Below the pieces are notes generated by a model. It saw only the letters and a list, made by a program, of their open reading frames with translations, was not told where the DNA came from and ran no database searches. This document shows, piece after piece, positions 10,028-22,061 of a stretch of 64,000 nt of DNA (within the stretch, counting starts at the first letter, position 1; each line of letters begins with the position of its first letter). The position numbers and the translations under genes are program-made. Location of the stretch: the NCBI GenBank assembly GCA_964106915.2, contig OZ066926.1; one strand, given 5' to 3'. Origin of the DNA: Podarcis gaigeae (taxonomy: Eukaryota).

Positions 10028-13000
10028 GTAATAGAGGGGCAGGAGGGACTGGGGAGGAGGGGGGTCCAGAGGGAGGACAAATGCCTTATAAACACATAGC
10101 CACAGCCCGTGCAGCAGGACTGTAGCCCATGACATTGTAGCCCATAATAAGGGGGTTGGCCTGTAAAGTGCCACAGGACTCTCTTGTGTTTGCTGCAGCA
10201 GACTGACGAGGCTATTACACTCCCCCCAAACCCCAGGAAACATTATTTTAACACAATGCAAGATATAGTAATAAAAAATGTTAACGTTATCAGGCAGTCT
10301 TTTGAATATCTCAAAACTCTTGTGGGTGGAAGATAATCAGGTTAAAAAAAGGGCAAGCCTGTTATGTACAGTGGTACCTCAGGTTAAGTACTTAATTCGT
10401 TCCAGAGGTCCGTACTTAACCTGAAACTGTTCTTAACCTGAAGCACTACTTTAGTAATGGGGCCTCCTGCTGCTGCCGCACCGCCGGAGCACAATTTCTG
10501 TTCTCATCCTGAAGCAAAGTTCTTAACCCGAGGTAATATTTCTGGGTTAGCGGAGTCTGTAACCTGGAGTGTATGTAACCTGAAGCGTATGTAACTCGTG
10601 GTACCACTGTATTTATTCATTTAGAATGCTTGGATTCTCCTTTTTTTAGCCCAAAGAGACACTTAAAGTGGTTTCCAAAACAACAACAACAAAACTCCCA
10701 AATCCCACTCAGACTTGTGTTGGAACAAAAGCAGCATGTAGCTAGAATAATTCAGGTAGTATAAGTTCAGGTAGTATAGAATATTTTTTTAAAGTTATTA
10801 TTTCTCCCTGCCCCCCCCCCCCCAGGCCTGTGGTCTACAGAAGCTGTTTGCTGTGGAGGCAGACTTTGAAGATGAGGTAAGAGAATATTGGTGAATCTGG
10901 ATGTATCTGCAAACAAAAGATACCCTTAAGCCTCCCATGGGCTCTCAGGCTCAGAATGTCCATGTAGTACAAAGCTGAGGGATGGCACTTAATGACAAGC
11001 ATTCTGTTTCTCTGTTCTTGGTAGGATTTTCTGTCAGCTGTGAATGATGTGGAGAAGCAAGCCCTGGATCCACCTACAGATAGCTCAAGAAGTCTTAGAC
11101 CCTTCTCAACTGGGTTGAGAGCCCCCAGCACCACCATTCCGGTCTCTGAGGGGCCAAGGATGACCATGTCCCCAGTCTTGCAGGTGCAGAACTGCTCCAG
11201 ACTAAGGTTTGGAGAAGGTAATGTCAAAAGCAGCCAGAAGACTCCTCTGGCGACCAGCTTCACAGTTCAGAAGGACCTGGCACCCACTGCAACTGAATGT
11301 AAATCAAGCGGCACTTCAAGCACAAGGTTCAGGTTTGTGAAGCAGCCTCCAACTAAGCTCCCCACTGGGGGTGCCCCCTGCGATGAGGAAATTGACAACG
11401 AGCTTGTATTGGCTGCGTGCATGGATCTGGAAGAGTCTGAAACACAGTCATATCCGGGGTCCTTCAGGTCCAACTGTATGTCCTGGGAGCAAATGCGAGA
11501 TAATAGTGTAGCAACAGCGAAGAAACCACGAGTGGTAGATTCGCTGGCATTGACTGACTCTTTTGGGTCAGAGACCTCACAGTTGCAAAGGACTTGGAAA
11601 CAACCCGTGGTAGAGGTCATCAGCCATCTGAAGCCGGCAGAGACTTCTCCGAAGTTGCCATTGAGGCCTCCTGCCGTAGACTCTTCCTCGTCTCAGTCTC
11701 GCCTAGGGTTGAGTAGCAGCACATGTGCCCTTACAAACTCCAGCTGCCAGGTGCTCAGGCCTTTCCAGGCATCTCTGCAAAAACCCACTGCCACATCCAA
11801 CAGCCCATGCTTGCCTCTGGTTAGACCCTGCTCTTCTTTTCAGTCAGCAAGTACCCCAACAAGGCCGCACAAACCATGGATGCCCAATCAGAGCTGCTCT
11901 GTGTCCAGAACGGCCAATTCTGGTGCTCAGCTGCTTTCTGCATATGGTCCCCAAGCAACCTCTATGGAGACTTCACCTGCCAACCCTAAAGTTCCCGGAA
12001 ACCTCCAGTCACCTGTGGTCACCAATCACCTTGTCCGTTTGGTCACAGCAGCCAACAAGATGCCAGAGCCAGTGACCCAAGTTCCTTTGCGGGCTAAGAC
12101 ACGGCGCTTCCCAGGACCTGCTGGCATTCTGCCACATCAAGTAAGAGGGCCAGCATGATAATAGGGCAATCTTTATGTTGGGGATGGGGAGTGTATGGCT
12201 GTCTAGATAGTAACTATAGCTACCTTTGGCTCTAACCATTGGCCATGTTGCCTGGGGCTGAGGGGAGGTGCAGTTCAGCAGCATCTGGAGAGTCACAGGT
12301 TAGCCACCCCTGCTGTATGTACAAAGGAGTGAGGATGCTTTGGAACCCATACTTTTCCATGTATAAGACTAGGTTTTTTACTCTAAAATAGTGTTTAAAC
12401 TACAGAGCCTAGGGCTTCCCAATCAGAAGGTCGGCTGTTTGAATGCCTGCGATGGGGTGAGCTCCTGTTGCTCAGTCCCTGTTCCTACCAACCTAGCAGT
12501 TCAAAAGCACGTCAAAGTGCAAGTAGATAAATAGGTACTGCTCCGGCGGGAAGGTAAACGGCATTTCTGTGCGCTGCTCTGGTTCGCCAGAAGCGGCTTA
12601 GTCATGCTGGCCACATGACCCAGAAGCTGTACACCGGCTCCCTCGGCCAGTAAAGCGATTTGAGCACCTCAACCCCAGAGTTGTCCGCGACTGGACCTAA
12701 CGGCTAGGGGTCCCTTTACCTTAATGTTTAAAAACAGGGGTCATCTTATACACAGGGGTCATATTTCCCCATTTTCATAAATTTTTGAGTCCCCCAAAAT
12801 AGGGGGGGTGTTATACACGGGGGGGATGTTATACACAGAAAAATACGGTATATGTGTGTCATGAAATATTTTTACCTTATTTCCTCCAATCCACCCACAC
12901 TTGCTATGTCACAAAAGGGGCATAAAAGCTGCCATCCTCCCTAAGTTTTCTCTGCTCCAAAATGGCTGCTATAGTTATTCTAATATGGAGATGACTAATT

Positions 13001-16000
13001 ATCTCCCTCTATGGATTCACTGAATGCTTCTTGGGGTGCCTGCAGGTAAAATAACTTTTTTTGCTCTGCTTTGCTGATAAAAATGCTCTGTGGTGGCTTA
13101 GAAAAACAATGCTAATGAAATTAATAATATAAAAAAGGATAAAATATTAAATTGAAACCTCAGTTAAATATTTTTGCTGAAATATTCCGCAACCAAAAAT
13201 CACTAAAAAGTGACCTCTGACTGGGGCTGAAGGGAAATTGAATATAGAAAGAAAACTTGTACATTCTCTCCTGATTTGGGACGTAGCTTTGACTTGGGGA
13301 GGACAGGAAGTCAAGCTAATAATTTTAGTCTATGCCAATGGTTTCTACAGGATAAGTAATGATAATAAAAAATAATTCATTATTTATACCCAGCCCATCT
13401 GGCTGGGTTTCCCCAGCAGCTCCCAACACAATATTAAAAAGATGATAAAATATCAAACATTAAAAACTTCCCTAAACAGGGTTGCCTTCAGGTGTCTCCT
13501 AAAAGTCAGATAGTTGATTATTTCCTTGACATCTGATGGGAAGGCGTTCCACAGGGCGGGCACCACTACCGAGAAAGCCCTCAGTCTGGTTGGTTCCCTG
13601 TAACTTGGCTTCTTGCAGTGAGGGAGCCGCCAGAAGGCCCTCGGCGCTGGACCTCAGTGTCCGGGCTGAACGATGGGGGTAGAGATGCTCCTTCAGGTAT
13701 ACTGGGCCGAGACCATTTAGGGCTTTAAAGTGTTTAGGTAGGGTTGTGTAACTGCCTTGGGAGCACAGAATTGGGCCCAGACTACCACATTCAGCACGCT
13801 GAGAATCTCAGCTTTCATTTTTTAAATGCGGCTGGGAGGGAGGGATCTACCTACCTTTGGATATCTTACTTTAAGGTGAGTCCATAACTCTGGCAAGAAT
13901 TTGTGTTCATTAGATTTTCTTCCTTTCCTTGTTCACTAAAAAAGCCTGATGGGAAAAACTTAGAAGAGATTCTCATTACAACTCCACAGACACCAACTCA
14001 TGGGGCTCTAGCGAAGCTGCGGACGGAGGTAATTCTTGGTTCTACTCTTCCCTTTCTTAATAGAAGAAGTCACGCTGCAGAGGGGGATTGGAAATTCTGC
14101 ATTGCCTCTGAGAACCCAGCTGTGATGCTAAGCGCACAGTTACAAACCCTGTTGGGTGTCTTTTCATTTAATGGGATATGAATTTCATTGGAACCAAACT
14201 TCATGGGAATGGGAGATTTAGCCCCTGCCTTTCGCAGTCCTGATGCCAATAAAGAGTTCCTTACCGTGTAACTACTGTATTAATGGTGATGGTCGCTCCC
14301 ATTGGTGCCACAGGGCGTTGCTAGCCAAGCTGGGGGGGGGGGTAACTTTTATCAGGCTCAAGCACAGGAAGGGAATGGTTAAACCTCACCCTCCAAACAC
14401 TGTAGTCCTAGTAGAAATTGGTGCCCTGTACTGGCTATTAATTTTTTAAAAACCTAACTCTGAAGCAGCTGTGCAGAATGACCTTTACAGGAGAAAATTG
14501 AAAATTTCCATCCCTTCTTTGTATTTCAAAAAAGAAAAACTAACTCATTTGTGGAAAGTCTTGAAATCTTTAGTACTTCCAAACGTCACTTGGTTATTCT
14601 TATTGTACAGATAAGGTCAATATTAAGGATGATGAATTGCAGAAACTCACCTGATGAGCCAGAGCAGTCCTGGAAACAACATTTAACAAGCCCTGTCAGG
14701 GAAGGGTTCAGGTAGTGTTAAAAGATGCCTCTGGACATGTGCTGAGTAACCCAAACCAGCCCTTGCATCTCTTGGACTACAGCAAATTTTTCATAGGTCC
14801 AGTCATGGAGACACTTTCTTGTTCTGCTTCAATAGAGATGTTTCTTCTAGCTATTCTTTTATATGTTTTAATGTGTGTGAGAGAGGGTAAGGTGGCGGGG
14901 AGGAGATTCTGGAGTGAGCAGAGGAAGGAGCATAAGCAATATGGCATGCACCCAGTAGAGCAAAACAGTTCCTATGGATAATGTTGTCTCCAAATGACTA
15001 AGTGCTTTACCCGAAGGTAAGGTGAAAAGTAAGCCCTAACCTGGAATTGCGTGTGCGACTCTAGGAGATGCCTCCTTCCCAGCAGCCAATAGAAGACGAA
15101 TTTGGAAGAGGCCCTTGGGCTGCCATGAAAACGGAGCTGGGACTGGACGAGAGAGATCCGTCCTGCTTCCTTAGGACATACAGCGTTGTTATGGTGCTTC
15201 GTAAGGTAAAGGCTGAGTTTGGTTTTGCAGGTGGGAAAATTCCACTTCACTTGAAGAAGAATCTCTTCTTGAAGTGCAAACGCCAAAGATGATAAAATGG
15301 TTGGGCCTGGAAGCAAGGATGTATTGCAATATTACTGGAGCCATGGATAACCTTATCAGTAATCTGGATGGGATATATACTGTTATCCATCTGCAAGGGT
15401 ACAGTATACATATAAACATATTTTCAAAAGAACATACAGAAGTTCCTCCATAACACCTTGGAAGTGTTGGTGACTAGTATTCACTCTAAATTCAGCTCAG
15501 TGAAGGCCAACATCTGCTCCACACAGCTGGGAATAACTGTCCACACCTCTGGTAGGACCGCTTGCACCAGGTTTGCATGCACTGGTGAACGAAGGTGGGG
15601 TGGGGCAATCCGCCCCGGGTCCCATGGGGGGGGTGCCATTGTGGCTACCCCCAGGACGCTCACTGCACACGCCCCGGGACATACACTGCTTGCCGCGCAC
15701 ACACACCCCGACATGCATAGACCCCCGGAGCAGGCCTAGTCTGGTAAGAAGGTAAACATGGTGGGTTGCTAGGCAACTCCCACATGCCTCTCCCTCCTGC
15801 CTCTTTTCCTGCTGCGCATCAAGCGATAAATGAGGTGTGGGCGGTTGCTTGCCGTTCAGCTGTCGTCCTCTCCACCAACCTTGAGCCATCAGGAAGCGAG
15901 CTACGAGGCCTCTTTGGCCAGCTGTCCTTTCGCTGTGTGTCACCGTACAACAAAGGACAGGAAGAAAGCTATATTAGAAGGCCTCTTCCATATCCTTCGC

Positions 16001-19000
16001 TGCTCTGGCGATCAGGCACCTTTTCTCAAATCTCAAAAGTTAATAAAAACCTGTTTCAGATTTGCCACCTTGGCTTCCCACAAATAGTGTGTTTCCCTTG
16101 CTCATTCTCTTTCACACAGGCAGCCCTGAAGCAGCTCCCAAAGAACAAGGTTCCTAACATGGCCGTGATGATTAAGTCGGTAATGCAGACCAACGTTGAC
16201 GCGGGCGCCGTGTTCAAAGACCCTACTGGTAAGGATGAAAAGAGTTCAGTGTCGTGACTTACTTCTTCGGCATGCATTATTGGTGGGGTGTTTCTGCTTT
16301 GCCTGTGGTGTCTGGGCAAACCTTGTTTGTTAATGGCCACCGTCTGACTCATTTCTGGGTGTTTGAATTGACTCTGACTAAATATGGTACAGTCCTTTAG
16401 GCACATTGTGCTACTGGGAATTGTTGCACAGGCTTCCACTAGCCTAACAATGGAGCTTGTATATAGCCCTGAGCAAATCTGTGTGTTTTGCTGACCCCTT
16501 GTGTTGATGGTGAAGGATGGAGAGGGAGAGTGCTGCCTTTTCGTTAGATTGAGGGAAAGGGACTGGATAGTTGTGGCATGGGGTTTTCCCAAAAAAACCT
16601 TCTTTGGAGCCAGGAGAGAATTGGACAAATGTTTCAAATTCTTAAGTAAAATGTTTTAGGTGCTTAAACAAAATTTGCGAATAGGTATTGGGAGAATTGC
16701 CTAGACAGGCTGGCTTCTCAAGCCAGAAGTGAAGCAAGTAAAAAGGCATTGGCTGGAGGGAGTTAGTTTACAATGGACTGCTCAAATATTGATTAAGCTT
16801 TTTTCCCTTTGCTATTGGAAATATGTATGTAAAACATATTTGCATTGACCATAACAAAAAAAGAAGACTGGGTAAAAAGCAACTTGCACCAAACAAAAAC
16901 ACAAACAAAACCAAAAAAAATACAAACACAACTTAATCTTTGGCATTTCCAGTTACAATTGATATTGGCAGTACTGTAGTCTTTTTGTTCATTTTTCAGC
17001 TTTGACTCCCAATGGTACCGTCTGGCTCTCCAGATGTTGCTGAACTCCCACTCCCATCATCCCTAACTATTGGCCATGCCGGCTGGGGCTGATGGGAGAT
17101 GTAGTTCAGCAACATCTGGAGGGACAAAGGTTCATCACCCGATTTAAATCCAACATCTGCCAGGGAACAAGCAGTCCAGCAAATATTGAGGCAAGTTCTC
17201 AGTTGAGCTAGTCCCACAAATGCACATGGAGGTTCCAGACTGACATTTTGGCACCATTTTTTTGCGGGCATAGTTTGAAACCTTGGTGCTCTATGCTACC
17301 AGGTAATACTAACAGGGCATTAAAAAAAAGTAGGCCATTTGGGATGGTTTGCTTCTTAACTCTCATGCATAAATATTCACTGCAAGCCTCTCCAGTATAG
17401 TTTGTTTTAGTTGCCACTCCCTACACAGCCACATTCTTGACTTCCTAGGATATGTTTTCATTTGACCATCACAAGGAATAAACAGGCAACACTGAAGTTG
17501 TCCTTAGAAGTCTTAAGCCTAGGTGGGGCTGATATGTGCATTTGCCTGGGACTAATTGTTCTTTGCTCCAGGTCACTGGCAAATTATGTGGCTGGTGTTG
17601 AGTGCTTGGGACCCTTCCTTCGCTGGGCTCTCCCTCCCATCTCTGTGTTCCTGTATAAAGGGCAGTGAGAGCTATTGGTGTGTGACGCTCATGTGTTTCC
17701 TCTTTGACTTCACTGTATATTTAGTGCTCCTGTACCTGATTGGTTTGGCCTTCTGTCATGCAGGAGAAATGCAGGGCACAATACATCGCCTGTTGCTGGA
17801 GGAGAAACAAAGTGAATTTAAGGCTGGTTCAGTGCTTCTGCTAAAGCAGGTACTAGAAAACAAGAAATCAAGGGCTGGGTGAGCTTTCATTTCCATGCAA
17901 AAAAATTATAACGAATAACTGGTATTTAAGACCTTCTGCTACAGGGGATCCAGAGACATTTTTGAGTGATAGTTCTGCTTGTTTGTGCCCCTGCTGGTGC
18001 AGTTATCATCTCCAGATTAACACAAGTTAACAAAAACAAGTTACCCCTTCTAGCTTTGTGTCAAATAGATGCAACCAATGTCAGTTGAAAGCAGAACTGA
18101 CAAGTCAGGAACCATCTACCAAAGATTGTCCATTGGATGGTGGAATGTTCCTCCTTCTACTGCCAGAGAGCTTTCTTTACTATTATCTGGGTGCTCTAAA
18201 TGAGGTCCATAAGAATATGTAGAAAGGTGTCTTAGAATTCTTTGCTCTAGAGACTCACTTAGTCCATCTTACTTCTGGAGATTGTAGGTGTCACTTTTAT
18301 TCAAATCTCTTGCATTCAGATGAGCTGGTCCAGGACACCAATTAAATAGTATTATCTCCCTCCTTGTTTTTAGAAGTTGGGTTGCATATTTCATTCTTTG
18401 GTTGTGAACTACCCCTTCCCAGCGATGAAACATCTGCCCCTTTATTGTTGTATTTATTTTTATTTTTTAAAGAATCGTCAATTGTGTCATATACCATAGG
18501 CAGTATTGATACCTACCTTGGGTTTCACAGGTGGGTGTGTTCTCCCCATCCTATCGCAACCACTACCTCAATGTGACACCCAGTAATTTGGTGAAGATAT
18601 ATCCTCCGGGATTCAGCAATGAGAAGACCCCTCAGTTATGCCAAGAGATTGAGGGAGGAATGCAGATGGAGCCAACACAGGTAAGGAGCAGGCTCTCCTT
18701 GGCACAATTGCTAGGATATAGGAGAGGCTGTGTGTAATCTGGATACTTTAAAAAAAAAAGTGTATGGAGGCACTTGTTCTTAATTACTGGGATGCTGTAT
18801 TTCATTAAGATTGGCAGCCATATGCGATGTATTAACTGTTAAAATGTGGGGGCAAGGTGGGGTGGGACTGGCCCTGCATAGGTTCTTTCCTCTTCCCACA
18901 CTTAGCAAATTCTGCATCTTAATTTAACTTGGAAAAATTGCCTAAATTCCTATTTTCTTTAGTCTACATAGGTGAGTTTTGAAGTGTATCTTGATGCAGT

Positions 19001-22000
19001 ATTTCCACTGCTCTAGTGCCGATTTCTCTCTCTCTCTCTTAAAACTTTGTCAGCAAATTCTGTAAAATGGGAATAGCAGCCGCTAAGGTAAAATGCATGA
19101 GGAAATGTTTGAATGTTAACAAAACGTTCAAGGTGAAGGGGGGGGGAGCAACAAGAGAGCTCCCTCTTCTCAAACATGCCGTGCTCAGGTTTGGCCAAAG
19201 TCAGGATGGATATGGAGAATGAGGAAGCAGCCATTGCTGCCTTGGTTAATTCCTATGCAGCTAAGGGAATTCCTCTCAATTGCCATGAGAGGAAATTGGA
19301 GGACACTGAGAAACCAGTCTTCTATCAGGTCAGACCACTAGTAATGTAGATCAGACTTAACTACTCTACAGTGACAGGAACTGGCTCCCCAGGGTTGCAG
19401 AGACAAATCTTGCCCTGCCTGAAGATCCCGGGGATTGGGCCTGAAGCCCTTTTTTTTACATTTAAAGTATATGCACTGCCACTGAGTTACGCTACTCAAG
19501 GGAATTGGCTTGAGTGAGTGAGATAGACAAGGGATTCCACTACACCCATCAGTAGATGATTGATCTGTTCCAGTTGTAATCACTGTTCATAGAATCATAG
19601 AGTTGGAAGAGAGCCCAAGGGTTAGCTAGTCGCACCCCTGCGGTGCATACTTCTACGCCAGTGTGGTGTAGTGGTTAAGAGCGGTAGTCTCGTAATCTGG
19701 GTAACCAGGTTCGCGTCTCCGCTCCTCCACATGCAGCTGCTGGGTGACCTTGGGCCAGTCACACTTCTTTGAAGTCTCTCAGCCCCACTCACCTCACAGA
19801 GTGTTTGTTGTGGGGGAGGAAGGGAAAGGAGAATGTTAGCCGCTTTGAGACTCCTGAAGGGGAGTGAAAGGTGGGATATCAAATCCAAACTCTTCTTCTC
19901 ATTCTCTTCCCAAATCACATCTGCCTTCTGAAGTTTAGGCCGTGTGCGATCACTTGGAGAAGTCATACTACTTCACTAGTAGAGCACATGATCTTTTACT
20001 GTGAATATCTCTGGCTGAGCCTCTGCCTATACTAGCATCTCAAGTACCAAACTCCATGCTAGATCTCACCTGCTTCAGACCTCGGAGAGCTTTAACTCAG
20101 GTGTGGGCAACCTTTGGCCCTCCAGACGTTGCTGATCTCCAACTCCCATCATTCCTGTCCATTGGCTTTGCTTGCAAAGGCTGTTGAGAATTGTAGTTCA
20201 GCAACATCCCAGAGTCCAAAGGTTCCCCACACCTGTTTTAACTGAGCTGTGCAGACCAGGGTTGGGGTGGTCCTTGAGATGATGTTGGACTCCCAACTCT
20301 TACAGGGCTGTGCTAGATTTGTTGGTGTCCTGATAACAAGGAAGCTCCATTTATCCTTTCCTGTAATTGATATTGGGAGCCAGTTATGATATGGGACCGT
20401 GGCTTGGTGATAAAAGTATGAAGGATGCTAAACTCAAACATTCTCTGCAGCCTCTTGGAAACTTGCAAGTGCAGCCTGCGCCGGAATTCCAGCAGGATCC
20501 TCCCACCAACGCCCCCATTGCCATGACTACAACAGACAACAGGAACAAAGGAGGACATGAGATGGATGAGGACCGCTATCAGCGCGTATCGGCATTAGAT
20601 AAAGGGTCATCATTGACATCAATTCCAGGGGTCTCTGGAGCAGGCAAATCAATTTTGCACCTTCCATCCCCAAAGGCTGAAACAACTGATTTGGGTAAAT
20701 AGAACTCTTAAGTGGCAATGGCCTGATAATGCTTTTCTGTCTCTCTTTTTCCACTGCCACCTCCAGAACAAGGAAAATAGGAAGTGTGGACTGCATCAGG
20801 GATGGGGAACCTGTGGCTCTCCAATTGTTGTTGGATTCCCTTCAGTTCCAGCCAGCATGGCCAATGATCAGGAAAGATAACCAGCAAAATGGACTATAGA
20901 AAAGTCCTACTGAGCCACACATGCAGCTTACAGGACTACATGTTGCCAACCTCCCCGCTGCTCCCCAAGCACTTAATGACTTTCGGATCAGCAGATGGCA
21001 TGCAGAGCCCTGTGTGTGACCATTCAGTGGCCACACATAGAGCACTGCATCCCACCTGCTGATTTGAGAGTGTGCGGCAAAAGCGGATATGTTGTTCAAG
21101 GATAGAATAAGGTACAGTACTTGGCATCCTGGGGACTGAAATTACCTTTTGGAAAACGGGCGAGCTAGCCCTCCTTGTCCGGGGAGAGCTTTGATAAGCA
21201 GCATCTGGCAACAGCTTCGAAAGCAGAGAGAAATTTGCCAGGGCTTTTGGTGCTGCCAAGGGGTGAAGCTGCATGCCTCTGTGCTGCTCCTTTGCCCTTC
21301 CTGATGACTACTGCTGTCTACCTGCATTCCTGCCCACTCACCCCGGTTCCTTCCCAGAAAATTCCAAATACTTTGGAAAACCTGAAACATGGAAGCAGGT
21401 CAAATGTATGAAACACAGATGCAAAGTAGAAAATGTTTGGCCATGGAAAGAGGCGCTTCCTAGGATATTCACAGCTGAGTAGGAACACAAGCATGTTGGG
21501 CCTCGGCTAAAACAACGGTGCTACTGGGCTATATTTGCTTAGAATTCAGGTTGGCAGAGACACTGCATAGATGGGGCCATGTCACCTGAACCAGTGATAA
21601 TTCTACCCACCCTGGCACTGTTTGCTTTATATATATAATGACAATAATTGAGCCCCACCCCACCCAAAAAAAGTGGAGATGGTGCAGAGATTATCAGAAT
21701 ATGAATTCCTCACTGGTTGTGAAATGTTGTGTTTGCACTCTGTGTCTGAAGCATAGATTGGACTAAGCCCTGACCAGAGCCTTGCTCACTGAGTCTAAAT
21801 GAGTCTGCAAAATTTTCTTTCCTATCCCTTTATTCTCAGTTGCACAGCTTTCTCACAGGTTGAAGAGAATGGGGCAGCCCCTGATCTTTGGAGAATCTCA
21901 TGTGCAAATAGGAACCTGTGCATGGGGCGCTGGGGTGATTTAGTTCCTGTTTTGCAGCCTGAATATCTTTTCATGTTTCCTATGCAGATGACCTGGACCA

Positions 22001-22061
22001 GCTTCTTGGAGAACTACCTGATGACTTTTTCTCCAACTTGGATGCCCAAAGCAATCTATGA
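10025..22061 (+). CDS. HROB: Homologous recombination OB-fold protein (C17orf53/MCM8IP), 685 aa
   Basis: Coding exons: 10025..10027 (ATG only), 10826..10876, 11025..12140, 13945..14028, 15065..15205, 16120..16228, 17764..17849, 18531..18680, 20451..20694, 21988..22061. Sum is 2058 nt; all GT-AG with consistent phases. Recognised motifs: MACGLQKLFAVE..EDEDFLSAV, VTNHLVRLVTAA, RAKTRRFPGPAGILPHQ, PQTPTHGALAK, FGRGPW, KVPNMAVMIKS, FKDPTGEMQGTIHR, RNHYLNVTP, DDLDQLLGELPDDFF. Exon 20451..20694 is the least certain. Confidence 0.93.
10369..10609. mobile_element. Tigger/pogo-like MITE in HROB intron 1
   Basis: TA|CAGTGGTACC...GGTACCACTG|TA; same family as 51760 and 52911 but opposite orientation. 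Confidence 0.85.
12347..12848. mobile_element. Tc2-like MITE interrupted by a Sauria SINE
   Basis: Ends ccatacttttccatgtataagac and ttatacacagaaaaatacgg|ta match the 6127..6296 family. Confidence 0.7.
12391..12722 (+). mobile_element. Sauria SINE, slightly 5'-truncated
   Basis: cagagcctagggc..agaaggtcggc..aagtgcaagtagataaataggtac..gggaaggtaaacggc..ggggtccctttacct tail. Confidence 0.85.
13365..13730 (-). mobile_element. L2 LINE 3' end
   Basis: Highly similar to 56541..57030; minus strand has the AFSVVVPALWNAFP-type L2 C-terminal motif and an AT-rich tail. Confidence 0.75.
19657..19900 (+). mobile_element. tRNA-derived SINE with (CTT)n tail (Squam3-like)
   Basis: A box (tggtgtagtggtt) and B-box-like (ggttcgcgtc), MIR-like core gctgggtgaccttgggccagtcac, ends ccaaactcttcttct. 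Near-identical to 38187..38478 (-). Confidence 0.75.
20098..20234. mobile_element. Palindromic hAT-type MITE; related copies near 12170-12312, 17015-17140, 20798, 22925, 54273-54410, 55945-56080, 59625-59760, 61940-62075, 62297-62400
   Basis: caggtgtgggcaacctttggccctccagacgttgctg...cagcaacatcccagagtccaaaggttccccacacctg is self-complementary over its whole length. Confidence 0.75.
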
